DNA from: an uncultured Candidatus Poseidoniales archaeon
GTDB taxonomy: Archaea; Thermoplasmatota; Poseidoniia; Poseidoniales; Thalassarchaeaceae
Direction of reading: 5' to 3'
NCBI GenBank assembly: GCA_964585295.1
Contig: CAZPCY010000002.1
Span: 102,745 to 166,744 of the forward strand
DNA length: 64,000 nucleotides
Positions 9,786 to 19,009 of the stretch are shown piece by piece. The notes beneath the pieces are model-generated. The model was not told the DNA's origin. It searched no databases and saw only the letters and a program-made list of their open reading frames with translations. The position numbers were made by a program, and so were the translations under genes. How positions within the stretch are numbered: the stretch's first letter is position 1; the number at the start of each line of letters is the position of its first letter.

Positions 9786-12749
9786 ATGACTGGGATGCAT
9801 GGCGAGGACCGTGAGTCCTCTGTGGATTGGCACCTGCTAACTGTGGATGATTCCATGTCACGGCTAGATGTTACTAGAGACGGTCTCAGCGAAAGCGAGG
9901 TCGCCCGTCGACTAGTGGAGAACGGCCCGAACAAGTTGGATGAACCAGAACCCATCCACTGGATTTGGAAACTACTGGAACAGTTCAGAGACCCGATGGT
10001 CTACCTCCTACTACTGGCAGCCGCCATTGCATTCGTATTCGATCGGGAGGATATCGGCACCCCCATCTTCATCTGCATCGCATTGTCCTTGAATGCGGTC
10101 TTTGGATATATGCAGGAACAGAAGGCGGAACAGGCGATGGATAGCCTGAAGCAATTGCTGGTCAGTCAATGCGTGGTCGTTCGAGATGGGACTGAGCACC
10201 GCATCAGCACTGAAGGCATCGTCGCAGGTGACATCGTCTGGCTAGAGGAGGGGTTGAATGTACCAGCTGATCTTCGAATCATTGAAGCGAATCGCCTTCG
10301 AATAGACGAATCCTCGCTGACTGGCGAGTCTGCAACGGTATCGAAGTATCCCGATTCACTTTCCGAATCGACCATTCTCGCTGAGAGGAAGAACATGGCC
10401 TACATGGGTACTGTGGTGAGCTCAGGTCGAGGTTCTGGTTTGGTAATCCAAACAGGTATGCAAACCGAACTGGGGAGAATCGCCAAAGGAATCACTGATG
10501 TGGAGGCCCCAAAAACTCCTCTCGAGATCAAACTCGAATCGCTCGGACGTTTTCTTGGATATGTCGCACTTCTGAGCGCTGCATCACTGGTCAGTCTCCA
10601 CGTCCTAGAAGCAATACTGATGGGGAAAACCGGGAACCAATTGTACGAAGTCGTGTCCGACCAATTCCTGATCGCAGTTGCAATCTTCGTCGCTATTGTT
10701 CCTGAGGGGCTACCTATCATCCTAGTAATCACCCTAGCAATTGGAATGCGGAACATGGCCCGCCACCGTGCCATAGTCAGGAAGATGCGCGCGGTTGAGA
10801 CATTGGGTTCAACCACAGTCATCTGCTCCGACAAGACAGGGACCCTTACCACTGGTCAGATGACTGTACGTAGATTCCACTTCGCAGGTGTAGATTACGA
10901 CGTATCCGGGCGTGGTTATGACCCCACATCCGGCAGTCTCATTCTGAAAGGGGAAATCCAAGAGCCGAACGCTCAAAATGGACTTTCTGATTCATCCGAA
11001 TACAAATTGGCGTTGTCTGTAGCCACCCTATGCCAGAACAGCAACGTTAGACAGGTGGATGGTCGCTGGAAAGGAGTCGGTGACCCAACAGACACCGCTT
11101 GTGCGGTATTCGGTTGGAAGTTGCAAGAATCCGTTGATTCATTGCGAGAACGCTGCCCCAGAATTAGAGAATACACCTTCGATCGCGAGCGTAAGAGAAT
11201 GGGGACGGTTCACGAGATTGATGGTGAGAGATGGCTCTTTGTGAAGGGAGCCTATGGTCCAATTAGGGATCTTTCCACAACCATCGCCACCAGTGAGGGA
11301 ACGGTTCCTTTGGACGAGAATCATCTAAGGCTAATTCGGGAAGTCAATACCGGCATGGCCGAATCAGCACTCAGGGTCCTCACACTAGCCGTAAGAAAAT
11401 TGGATGAGGATGAGGATCTCGACGATGTAGAGGCGATTGAATCGAATCTTACTCTCCTCGGCATGATTGGCATCGCGGATCCACCGAGAGCAGAGGTTCC
11501 CGAAGCAATCAGAAGGTGCCAAGGAGCGGGCATCCGGGTCATCATGATAACCGGCGATCAACAGAAAACCGCGGAAGCAATCGGCAAAGAAATCGGTATT
11601 ATGGATGACACCCATAGAAGCATCACTGGGTGGGAACTGGAAGAGATTGACGATGAAGAACTCGAAGAGATAATCGATGAGATCTCGATATTCTCTCGGA
11701 CCACTCCCGAACAGAAGCTCCGAATCGTCGAATGTTTGCAGAGGAGAGGAAATGTTGTCGCCATGACCGGTGATGGCGACAACGATGCACCTGCTTTGTC
11801 TAGGTCCAACATCGGCATATCGATGGGGATTGGAGGCACCGATGTCGCCCGTGATGCTAGTGACATGGTCTTGCAAGACGATGACTTCTCATCCATCGTG
11901 GAGGCGGTAGAAGAGGGGAGGAAGATCTACGAGAACATCCGAAACTTCGTCCGATACCAGATTTCTACTAATGTGGCGGCGGTGACGTTGATTCTGGTTT
12001 CGACATTTATCTTCGGTTGGAAACCTCTGCCCCTGACCGCTACTCAATTGTTGGTGATCAATATCCTGATGGATGGGCCCCCTGCAGTCGCGCTGGGTAT
12101 TGAATCGCAATCAAAGGACGTGATGATGGAGAAACCGAGGCCACTCGACGAAACTCTGCCGACTCCTCCTGATGTACTGCTGATTCTGTTCCTCGGACTG
12201 GTGATGGTCGTAGGTACCGCTTCCGTGTTCTATTTCGCTGGCGGTGGAATCATGGTACAGGATCCTTGCACCGAGTTCGATGGGTCGATAGAACAGGGAT
12301 GGATCGAGCAATACAGCGAGGATGGTACGACTTGCGATGGGGCTGCCGAGGCTGCTTGGAGGTCGGATGCCGAGAATCGATTCGCGATGGCTCAGACGAG
12401 CACCTTCGCAGTGTTCATTCTGTTTCAATTGTTCAATGTCATGAATTGCCGATCCTCTGAGGACAGTGCATTCCGAATCGGACTGCTAAGGAACAACTGG
12501 ATTACAGCATCCTTCTTCATATCGGCCGCTTTCCTCGTCGCCTTGGTGCAAGGAGCCGATATTATCGTACCTCTCATCGGCATAGCCATCGGAGACCTAG
12601 TTGCTACCAGCCCCCTACAATTGAGCGATTGGGGAATCGTGGCAGCGACCGCCACGACAGTGTTCATCGCTGAAGAGATTCGAAAACTGATCTTCAAGTT
12701 GAATCAATCAACTAGAGCGGTGAATTATCAGAAAGACAGTTCTGGGTGA
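9786..12749 (+). CDS. P-type cation-transporting ATPase, Ca2+-ATPase (P2) type
   Basis: LTGES, DKTGTLT, KGAYG, MITGD and TGDGDNDAPAL motifs; 987 aa with an insertion in a late luminal loop. Confidence 0.9.
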   Translation: MTGMHGEDRESSVDWHLLTVDDSMSRLDVTRDGLSESEVARRLVENGPNKLDEPEPIHWIWKLLEQFRDPMVYLLLLAAAIAFVFDREDIGTPIFICIALSLNAVFGYMQEQKAEQAMDSLKQLLVSQCVVVRDGTEHRISTEGIVAGDIVWLEEGLNVPADLRIIEANRLRIDESSLTGESATVSKYPDSLSESTILAERKNMAYMGTVVSSGRGSGLVIQTGMQTELGRIAKGITDVEAPKTPLEIKLESLGRFLGYVALLSAASLVSLHVLEAILMGKTGNQLYEVVSDQFLIAVAIFVAIVPEGLPIILVITLAIGMRNMARHRAIVRKMRAVETLGSTTVICSDKTGTLTTGQMTVRRFHFAGVDYDVSGRGYDPTSGSLILKGEIQEPNAQNGLSDSSEYKLALSVATLCQNSNVRQVDGRWKGVGDPTDTACAVFGWKLQESVDSLRERCPRIREYTFDRERKRMGTVHEIDGERWLFVKGAYGPIRDLSTTIATSEGTVPLDENHLRLIREVNTGMAESALRVLTLAVRKLDEDEDLDDVEAIESNLTLLGMIGIADPPRAEVPEAIRRCQGAGIRVIMITGDQQKTAEAIGKEIGIMDDTHRSITGWELEEIDDEELEEIIDEISIFSRTTPEQKLRIVECLQRRGNVVAMTGDGDNDAPALSRSNIGISMGIGGTDVARDASDMVLQDDDFSSIVEAVEEGRKIYENIRNFVRYQISTNVAAVTLILVSTFIFGWKPLPLTATQLLVINILMDGPPAVALGIESQSKDVMMEKPRPLDETLPTPPDVLLILFLGLVMVVGTASVFYFAGGGIMVQDPCTEFDGSIEQGWIEQYSEDGTTCDGAAEAAWRSDAENRFAMAQTSTFAVFILFQLFNVMNCRSSEDSAFRIGLLRNNWITASFFISAAFLVALVQGADIIVPLIGIAIGDLVATSPLQLSDWGIVAATATTVFIAEEIRKLIFKLNQSTRAVNYQKDSSG

Positions 12750-13964
12750 TTGACCTTGGATGATGTTAGGCGCAATGGTGCGCCCGATTGGAGAGAGAGG
12801 TTGTCCGGAATCACAATCTCGCATCTAATCGACCCCAAACTCAAACTCGCAAAACGAATCATCGAAACCGGGGATTCGATAGATGGTTCCCTTGCTTTGG
12901 GCATCCTCAAGGAAACACCACTGAACGAATTGACTTCACTCGCTCACGCCATCAAGGTAGCACGCTTCGGAAATGAGGTGTTCTTCAATTCCAATCTACA
13001 TGTCAACCCAACCAACATCTGCGTCCTAGCATGCCGATTCTGCGCCTTCCGAAGGGGCCCGAAAGCCTCTGATTCCTATGCCCTGAATGTCGATCAATAC
13101 CTATCGAGAATCACACCCTATGCAGATCGGATTGACGAGGTTCATTCGGTAGGGGGACTGCACCCGGAATGGACCATAGAACACTACGAACAATTGTTAT
13201 TCTCTACGAAATCAACTCACCCACACATCTCGCTGAAATGTCTGACTGCAGTAGAGGTGAAGCATGTCGCTCAGATGTCTTCGTTGTCAATCGAAGAAAC
13301 ACTGAGGAGGCTTATGGCAGCAGGTCTCACCTCTTTGCCTGGTGGGGGTGCAGAGATTCTGGACGATAATATTAGAGCCAGGATCTGCAATGGCAAGGAG
13401 ACCAGTGCGGAATATCTTTCGATACATGAGACGGCGCATCGACTAGGGCTGCCAACCAACTGCACGATGCTTTTCGGAACCATAGAGAGCCACCAGCATC
13501 GAATCTCACACCTCATCGCTCTCAGGGATTTACAGGATCAGACGGGGGGTTTCCAATGCTTCGTTCCATATCCATTCCTCCCCGATCATTCTCGCCTCCC
13601 GGATGCACAACTATCCACGGGGATTGAAACGATTCGGATGATCGCCATCTCACGGTTACTTCTCGATTCGATACCTCACATCAAGGCGTACAGGATGAAC
13701 ATAGGCGACCATCTGGCACAGACTGCCCTATTATCAGGGGCAGATGACATAGATGGTACGGTTGGTCAGGAGGAGATAATGCACGAAGCTGGATCCATAG
13801 CTCCATTGGATCACGATCTAGATGATGTGGCTCGCCTAATTGAGGCTGCAGGATGTATTCCAGTGAGAAGGGACACGACTTACCGAGAATTCTGGATTCA
13901 TCGGCCACAACCGCCCCCTCCAAGAGGATCTGGCGGCCGTCTCCCAGTGGTAGGATCTGCATGA
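12750..13964 (+). CDS. mqnE: Radical SAM enzyme of the futalosine pathway, MqnE (aminodeoxyfutalosine synthase)-like, possibly MqnC
   Basis: CVLACRFCAF (CxxxCxxC) radical-SAM cluster in an NLHVNPTNIC context; TTG start immediately after the ATPase stop. Confidence 0.7.
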   Translation: MTLDDVRRNGAPDWRERLSGITISHLIDPKLKLAKRIIETGDSIDGSLALGILKETPLNELTSLAHAIKVARFGNEVFFNSNLHVNPTNICVLACRFCAFRRGPKASDSYALNVDQYLSRITPYADRIDEVHSVGGLHPEWTIEHYEQLLFSTKSTHPHISLKCLTAVEVKHVAQMSSLSIEETLRRLMAAGLTSLPGGGAEILDDNIRARICNGKETSAEYLSIHETAHRLGLPTNCTMLFGTIESHQHRISHLIALRDLQDQTGGFQCFVPYPFLPDHSRLPDAQLSTGIETIRMIAISRLLLDSIPHIKAYRMNIGDHLAQTALLSGADDIDGTVGQEEIMHEAGSIAPLDHDLDDVARLIEAAGCIPVRRDTTYREFWIHRPQPPPPRGSGGRLPVVGSA

Positions 13965-14761
13965 TGGTCGATGGCAATTGGACCCGCGTGGTCGGAAGGG
14001 TGTCGTTCGCCAACTGTGATCCTCTATTCGATGGCCTGTCGGATGAATGGGGAATTCTTCCTGCCCCTCCAGCCTGGCTAACCTCCCATCTCCTGAACAG
14101 GGATTGTATCGTTGCACCGATTCCGGTGGCTGATCTTTGCGCAAATATGGAGAAACTAGTATCGCTTCGGGGTTTGGGTATTGCTAGTGATGGTCCCGTG
14201 GGTAGTGTAATACTGTTTGGAAATCGTACCATCGAACGCATGAGGGATATCGCGGTTCCAACCGACTCCTCTACCTCAAAGGCACTCATACCATGGTTGT
14301 TATCCTACCGGGGCATAGAACCTCGAATGGTCGAGATGGGGCCGGATCTCCCCACCATGCTGGAGAGATGTGATGGTGCTCTGCTCATAGGTGATCGTGC
14401 ACTCGACGAGGCAAGAAAAAACCCGGAACTAGTAAGGTTGGATCTGGGTCGTTCTTGGACTGAAACGACTGGTACCCCGATGGTCTTCGGAGTTTTCGCT
14501 GCCAGAAGGGACTCGCCGAGGGAGGTCGTGATGCGAATCAGAGACGATTTGTTTTCGAATCTGAGAAGATTCGAAGGCGATGATGAACATAGGAAGAAAG
14601 TCATCAAGAACAGTGCCCAAAGAATAGGATTCCATGAGGAAAGGATGCGCGAATATCTCATCGACGAAGTCAGAAATAGAATCGGTGAAAGAGAGGAGGA
14701 GGGGCTACTTAGGTTTGCATCAGAAGTATGTGGAGTCTCATCTATCGACTGGCTGGATTAA
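13961..14761 (+). CDS. mqnA: Chorismate dehydratase MqnA (futalosine pathway)
   Basis: N-terminus VVGRVSFANCDPLFDGL matches the MqnA RIGxISYLNxxPF signature; periplasmic-binding-protein-like fold family; ATGA overlap with the upstream gene. Confidence 0.7.
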   Translation: MMVDGNWTRVVGRVSFANCDPLFDGLSDEWGILPAPPAWLTSHLLNRDCIVAPIPVADLCANMEKLVSLRGLGIASDGPVGSVILFGNRTIERMRDIAVPTDSSTSKALIPWLLSYRGIEPRMVEMGPDLPTMLERCDGALLIGDRALDEARKNPELVRLDLGRSWTETTGTPMVFGVFAARRDSPREVVMRIRDDLFSNLRRFEGDDEHRKKVIKNSAQRIGFHEERMREYLIDEVRNRIGEREEEGLLRFASEVCGVSSIDWLD

Positions 14762-14762
14762 G

Positions 14763-17345
14763 TCAGTCGTCATTTCTCCTCTTCCTCTTCACAGCCCGAC
14801 GCCTCCCCCCTTTCTTCTCACCTGAATTGGGGCTTGATTCATCGGCGAACATCTTGGATATTGCTTGGTCGATATCCGAGTAATCGGATTCTCCCGCAGA
14901 CTCACTGCTACCTATTTCGACCTCATCATTAGCCGTTTCATCAGGTACTTCCTTGACAACCTGTCGAACCCGTCTCTTCGGAATCGTAGTGACTCCCCTC
15001 TGATCCGGGGGTGGCCTAGGTGGAGCTCTCTGATCTGGAGGTGGCCTCGGTGCTCGGGAAACGCCTTCTTCTTCCTCCCTATCCTCCCCCCAGCTCTCGT
15101 TATCCACTTCATGTTCCTCTGCCCAATTCGCCCACTCATCTTCAACACCAGTGATTGCGATCTGCAGTTCCTCAAGGTCTATGACGCCGTTTCCATCCAC
15201 GTCTAGGTTGAGGACGAGGGCTTCCAATTGCTCCGTAGGAAGGGCCGCAATTCGCAGTGATATCAAACCACTAAGGAGTTCATCGGATTCAAGATATCCA
15301 TTCTGATTGGTATCGAATCGGTTGAACATTTCCTCTACGGTGACATCATTCTCCCTCATCCAACGGAGTAGTTTGTCCATGACCTGATCATATACAAACA
15401 AGGCATCACACTCATCACACATTACGGCGTTGATGTTGTTCAGAGCCCCACAGAATTCACACTCCATGGAATCGAAATCGATTTTGTTCCTACCTCTGAT
15501 CAGCACCATAGAAAGTCCCAAGATTGCTCCGGTAACGAAGAGGGCTGCCCACCAGTATTCGAGAATAATCGATAGCATGGATTCGGAAAACGTTGGGTCT
15601 TCTTCGATGAGTGGTTCAATGGAGAGAATCAGAGGGACTTGGTCGGGACGCAGGGCGTCGCTACTCGCCTGAGGACCGTCTGCGAGAGCGGTTGAATACC
15701 GAATTGGCTGATGTGGCATCGATTCCATTATCGACCCATCCACTGGGCCAGGGAAATTTAGCAGGTGTACATCGAATGGAGGTATGACAATTGCACTCGA
15801 TGAGGCGGTCGTAGTCCAAGTAATACGGATGTGATCCCTATCGTTGTGTGTTACCGTAGTTCCCCTCAATCCAGCCGAAACCTCGCATGTGGAAGTAATC
15901 ACATCGATGAACGTTCCATTCACCCTGACTGATGAACGCCATGCCTCAGTGTGTTCAGAGACATCGTAATCTCCACACAATGCTTCCTCCATCCTCTCCT
16001 CTTCAAAGACATCGACTGCGAAATCACGACTTGAAGGCGTCATAGCCGCCAAACGCCGGATCATCTGACTGTTAGTCAGGTTCAATGTCAGAGTATCCGT
16101 TACAATTACGCTGCCGCTCTCCACAATCACTTGGACCCTCCTGATGGTTTCTGGATCCGGGCTCTTGGTACAGTCATTCGCACCGACGCAGATGTTGTCA
16201 AACCCATCAGGATGCCCATCGCCGTCGTCATCATAATCGTATTCGTCAGGAATTCCATCTCGATCGAAATCCGGGCCGCTTATTGGGGCTGTGGAAGGTC
16301 GCGGTTCCGACCTCAAAACGACTACTATCTCCTTGCCGTTGGATACCGCCAATTCATTGCCATCTGGACTCACATCGCCCTGTCCGAAGGAATGGCCTAG
16401 TGACCTTCCAGACAATTTCTTGAGGGTGGTCAAATCATGGCTCTCGATCGAAGCATCCTCTCGATTAGTGAACACATGTAGCACTCCTTTGCGTTCATTG
16501 GGGAGCAACTGAATCACATGGCCAGAAGTTTCGATGAATCCTAGGTAATCTCCTGCTGGCTGCGATCTAATCTGGATGAGTGCATCGGCTGACCAAATTA
16601 TCTTACTCCCATTGTGAGCAAATGTACAATCAGATAGACCGCTCGTGGTTTCGTATTCAAGCAATATCGACTTGTTGGAGAAATTATAGGTTCGCAAGAA
16701 TCCCTTCTCGCCAGTGGTATGGGAACCAATCATGAGCGTCTCTCCATCTCCACTGATGTCGTGGCAGACAAATGTCTCTCCTGATTGGGGAGCCAAGAAC
16801 CAATCCTTGACGGGCCCCCCATCTGAGTGATTCCATAAGTTGAGGACTCCCGAATCCTCGATTGAGAAGAATGCTGGAGCATTTGGATACACCGTCAACT
16901 GATCCACATCCTGCCCAATCTCCACCGAACTAACCCTCGTCCAGGTTTCCGTGTCTATGATGGATACGGCGGGAGTCGAAGGTATCGACGATCGTTGGCC
17001 AGCAATGAGATACCTATCATCATCCTCGAATTCAATAGATAGCACTGAATCTGTTGGTTCGTCTTGGATGATAACGTAACCGACCTGTTCATCAGTTATG
17101 GTGTCCCATATTGTCACACCATTCTCGTGTCCAACAGCGAGCCATGAACCATCATTGGAGTAGGTAACGGGTGAAGCGAAATCCTTGTCTGATCCTGCAT
17201 CAAGGAAGTGATCGATGCTGTATGTAGGGTCAGCAACTACGACGGAGCTGAACATCGGCAGCATCATCGCAGCCAGCAGCAGCCACGCCCTCAGGCCAGC
17301 CATTGAACTCCTCTGGCATGCCGTATGTATTGAGTATGTGGTCAA
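14763..17345 (-). CDS. Single-pass membrane receptor-like protein: signal peptide, WD40-like beta-propeller, one TSP3-type Ca-binding repeat, TM, cytoplasmic Cys4 zinc ribbon plus EF-hand pair, acidic/proline-repeat/basic tail
   Basis: Signal peptide LLLAAMMLPMFSSVVVA; WD-like repeats (GSWLAVGHENGVTIWD); DRDGIPDEYDYDDDGDGHPDG; TM WWAALFVTGAILGLSMVLI; CEFCG...CDEC; two canonical 12-residue EF loops (DTNQNGYLESDE, DVDGNGVIDLEE). Confidence 0.7.
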   Translation of the reverse strand: MTTYSIHTACQRSSMAGLRAWLLLAAMMLPMFSSVVVADPTYSIDHFLDAGSDKDFASPVTYSNDGSWLAVGHENGVTIWDTITDEQVGYVIIQDEPTDSVLSIEFEDDDRYLIAGQRSSIPSTPAVSIIDTETWTRVSSVEIGQDVDQLTVYPNAPAFFSIEDSGVLNLWNHSDGGPVKDWFLAPQSGETFVCHDISGDGETLMIGSHTTGEKGFLRTYNFSNKSILLEYETTSGLSDCTFAHNGSKIIWSADALIQIRSQPAGDYLGFIETSGHVIQLLPNERKGVLHVFTNREDASIESHDLTTLKKLSGRSLGHSFGQGDVSPDGNELAVSNGKEIVVVLRSEPRPSTAPISGPDFDRDGIPDEYDYDDDGDGHPDGFDNICVGANDCTKSPDPETIRRVQVIVESGSVIVTDTLTLNLTNSQMIRRLAAMTPSSRDFAVDVFEEERMEEALCGDYDVSEHTEAWRSSVRVNGTFIDVITSTCEVSAGLRGTTVTHNDRDHIRITWTTTASSSAIVIPPFDVHLLNFPGPVDGSIMESMPHQPIRYSTALADGPQASSDALRPDQVPLILSIEPLIEEDPTFSESMLSIILEYWWAALFVTGAILGLSMVLIRGRNKIDFDSMECEFCGALNNINAVMCDECDALFVYDQVMDKLLRWMRENDVTVEEMFNRFDTNQNGYLESDELLSGLISLRIAALPTEQLEALVLNLDVDGNGVIDLEELQIAITGVEDEWANWAEEHEVDNESWGEDREEEEGVSRAPRPPPDQRAPPRPPPDQRGVTTIPKRRVRQVVKEVPDETANDEVEIGSSESAGESDYSDIDQAISKMFADESSPNSGEKKGGRRRAVKRKRRNDD

Positions 17346-18724
17346 ATCGAGGGGTCGACATACTCCAAATCAGTTGATTGGACCCATTCTAGCAAATCCA
17401 ATGCGACTTCGCATGATTCGGCAATGACGGTCGATTCATCATCAACGAATCTCTCTAGTGTCGCAATTGCTCGACGATCTCCTATCGCTCCAAGAGCCTC
17501 TGCGGCTTCGTGCCGAACCATGACATCCTCCTGTAGATCCTCTAATCTGTTGATCAGATGATCAACGGCCGAAGGATCCTGCATCTGACCCATTACGTAC
17601 GCGACCTCATGCTTCAACAAAGCGGAAGCGGAGCCAAATGAGGCTGCAAGGGCGTCAACCGCTCCCGTACCACCGATGTTTCGGAGAGCGAAAAGAGACC
17701 GCATTCGCTCAAACATCCTAGCGTTCTCATCACATAGTTTCATCCTCAATTCATCGACCATGTCATTGTCACTCGGGGGTGCCGGATCAACCGAATCGAA
17801 CCTAGACCTAGGTGGTGAAACCGTCTCTCCAACGAACTCGATTCCGTCGACATCGAGATCTGTGGGTACCATTCCTATTCGTTGACCCTCTCTCAGGAAC
17901 AATCTAACCGCGCGACGGCCGTCGGTCCCATAATCCAAAGTCCGAGAATTAACGTACATTCCTACAAATTCAGAATTGGTTTCATCATCGATCCCACGTC
18001 CCCACTGTTTGGCGAAATCAAGTGCATCCTTAGGATGATTCATTGCGTGTTCGATCGATCTTCGTACATGCTCAGTCACCGTATTGATCGCTTCTATTCC
18101 AAGATCTCTTCGAATCACATTTCCTCCAAGTGGAAGAGGAAGCCCCCACCTCTCCATCCACCATTCTCCCAAATCCATAATGAGATGTAGGCGATGCTCT
18201 CTATAGGTCAGTTGACCCTCGTGAATCACTAATCCGATGTCGACATCACCAGCTGATACTGATTCCATTATTCGGTCGAACGGGATGATTACTGTGTCAA
18301 CATCCCCGAATGCGATTCGGAGTGCTAGATGAGCGCTGGTCATCTCACCAGGTATCGCGATTCTAGCGCCCCTAGCCTCCTCGATGCTTAGTTCATCACG
18401 AGCCACAAGCCTAGGTCCATATCCCTCCCCCATCGATGCACCGCAATTCATCAGAACATAACGATCTAAAACTTGGGGCAACGCATGGATACTGACTGCG
18501 GTAACCTCGTGATGTCCTTTGAGAGCAAGGTTGTTTAGAGTCTCGATATCCACCAATTCGTGTTCGTAATCATAGCGCCCTGTGTCTATCGCACCTGTCG
18601 TCAAAGCGTGGAACATGAACGCGTCATCAGGATCAGGAGAATGTCCGATTCGGATGGTCTGCCCATCATCCATGATTGTCACCCAATCAGAACCGGTTGA
18701 AAACGGTGATGACCGAGCACTCAC
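17342..18724 (-). CDS. mqnD: 1,4-dihydroxy-6-naphthoate synthase MqnD fused to a C-terminal HEAT-repeat domain that resembles one lobe of deoxyhypusine hydroxylase
   Basis: N-terminus IRIGHSPDPDDAFMFHAL matches the MqnD SPCPNDTF signature; C-terminus has LKHEVAYVMGQM and VRHEAAEALGAIG His-Glu HEAT motifs; ATGA overlap with the downstream gene. Confidence 0.7.
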   Translation of the reverse strand: MSARSSPFSTGSDWVTIMDDGQTIRIGHSPDPDDAFMFHALTTGAIDTGRYDYEHELVDIETLNNLALKGHHEVTAVSIHALPQVLDRYVLMNCGASMGEGYGPRLVARDELSIEEARGARIAIPGEMTSAHLALRIAFGDVDTVIIPFDRIMESVSAGDVDIGLVIHEGQLTYREHRLHLIMDLGEWWMERWGLPLPLGGNVIRRDLGIEAINTVTEHVRRSIEHAMNHPKDALDFAKQWGRGIDDETNSEFVGMYVNSRTLDYGTDGRRAVRLFLREGQRIGMVPTDLDVDGIEFVGETVSPPRSRFDSVDPAPPSDNDMVDELRMKLCDENARMFERMRSLFALRNIGGTGAVDALAASFGSASALLKHEVAYVMGQMQDPSAVDHLINRLEDLQEDVMVRHEAAEALGAIGDRRAIATLERFVDDESTVIAESCEVALDLLEWVQSTDLEYVDPSI

Positions 18725-18790
18725 TCTTTCCTCCTAATGGTGTAGCGATAATCGGCATCCTCAAATCCCTACTTCGTCCAGCAACAGACG

Positions 18791-18985
18791 ATGCCACAGG
18801 CGAATCGACTATCAGTGTCAAGGGGACAATTGGGGCCACTGTGCGATGAGTGTAGCGCCCCGCTTCTTTTTTCGGAGTGTCTCACTCTAGACAAGGAGTA
18901 TGTCTGTCCGGAATGCTATGTCAAGAGGACTGGGATTGAAGGCGCGACCGAGCCCAAATCTGTCGGCGGGCTTCCAATGAATTGA
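18791..18985 (+). CDS. Small Cys4 zinc-ribbon protein (64 aa)
   Basis: CDEC...CPEC motif; located in the priS upstream region. Confidence 0.35.
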   Translation: MPQANRLSVSRGQLGPLCDECSAPLLFSECLTLDKEYVCPECYVKRTGIEGATEPKSVGGLPMN

Positions 18986-19009
18986 CCAGCAACGGCCTGT
19001 TTTGAAACC

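Noticed and set aside
12698-12790. Apparent 1-nt frame inconsistency at the ATPase/mqnE junction (printed sequence reads gcgggtg where the ORF-track protein implies gcggtg; compensating difference about 60 nt later)
   Set aside because: The ORF track is internally consistent on both strands around it, so this is most likely a transcription or reading slip on my side rather than a biological frameshift. Derived coordinates in this stretch may be off by 1.
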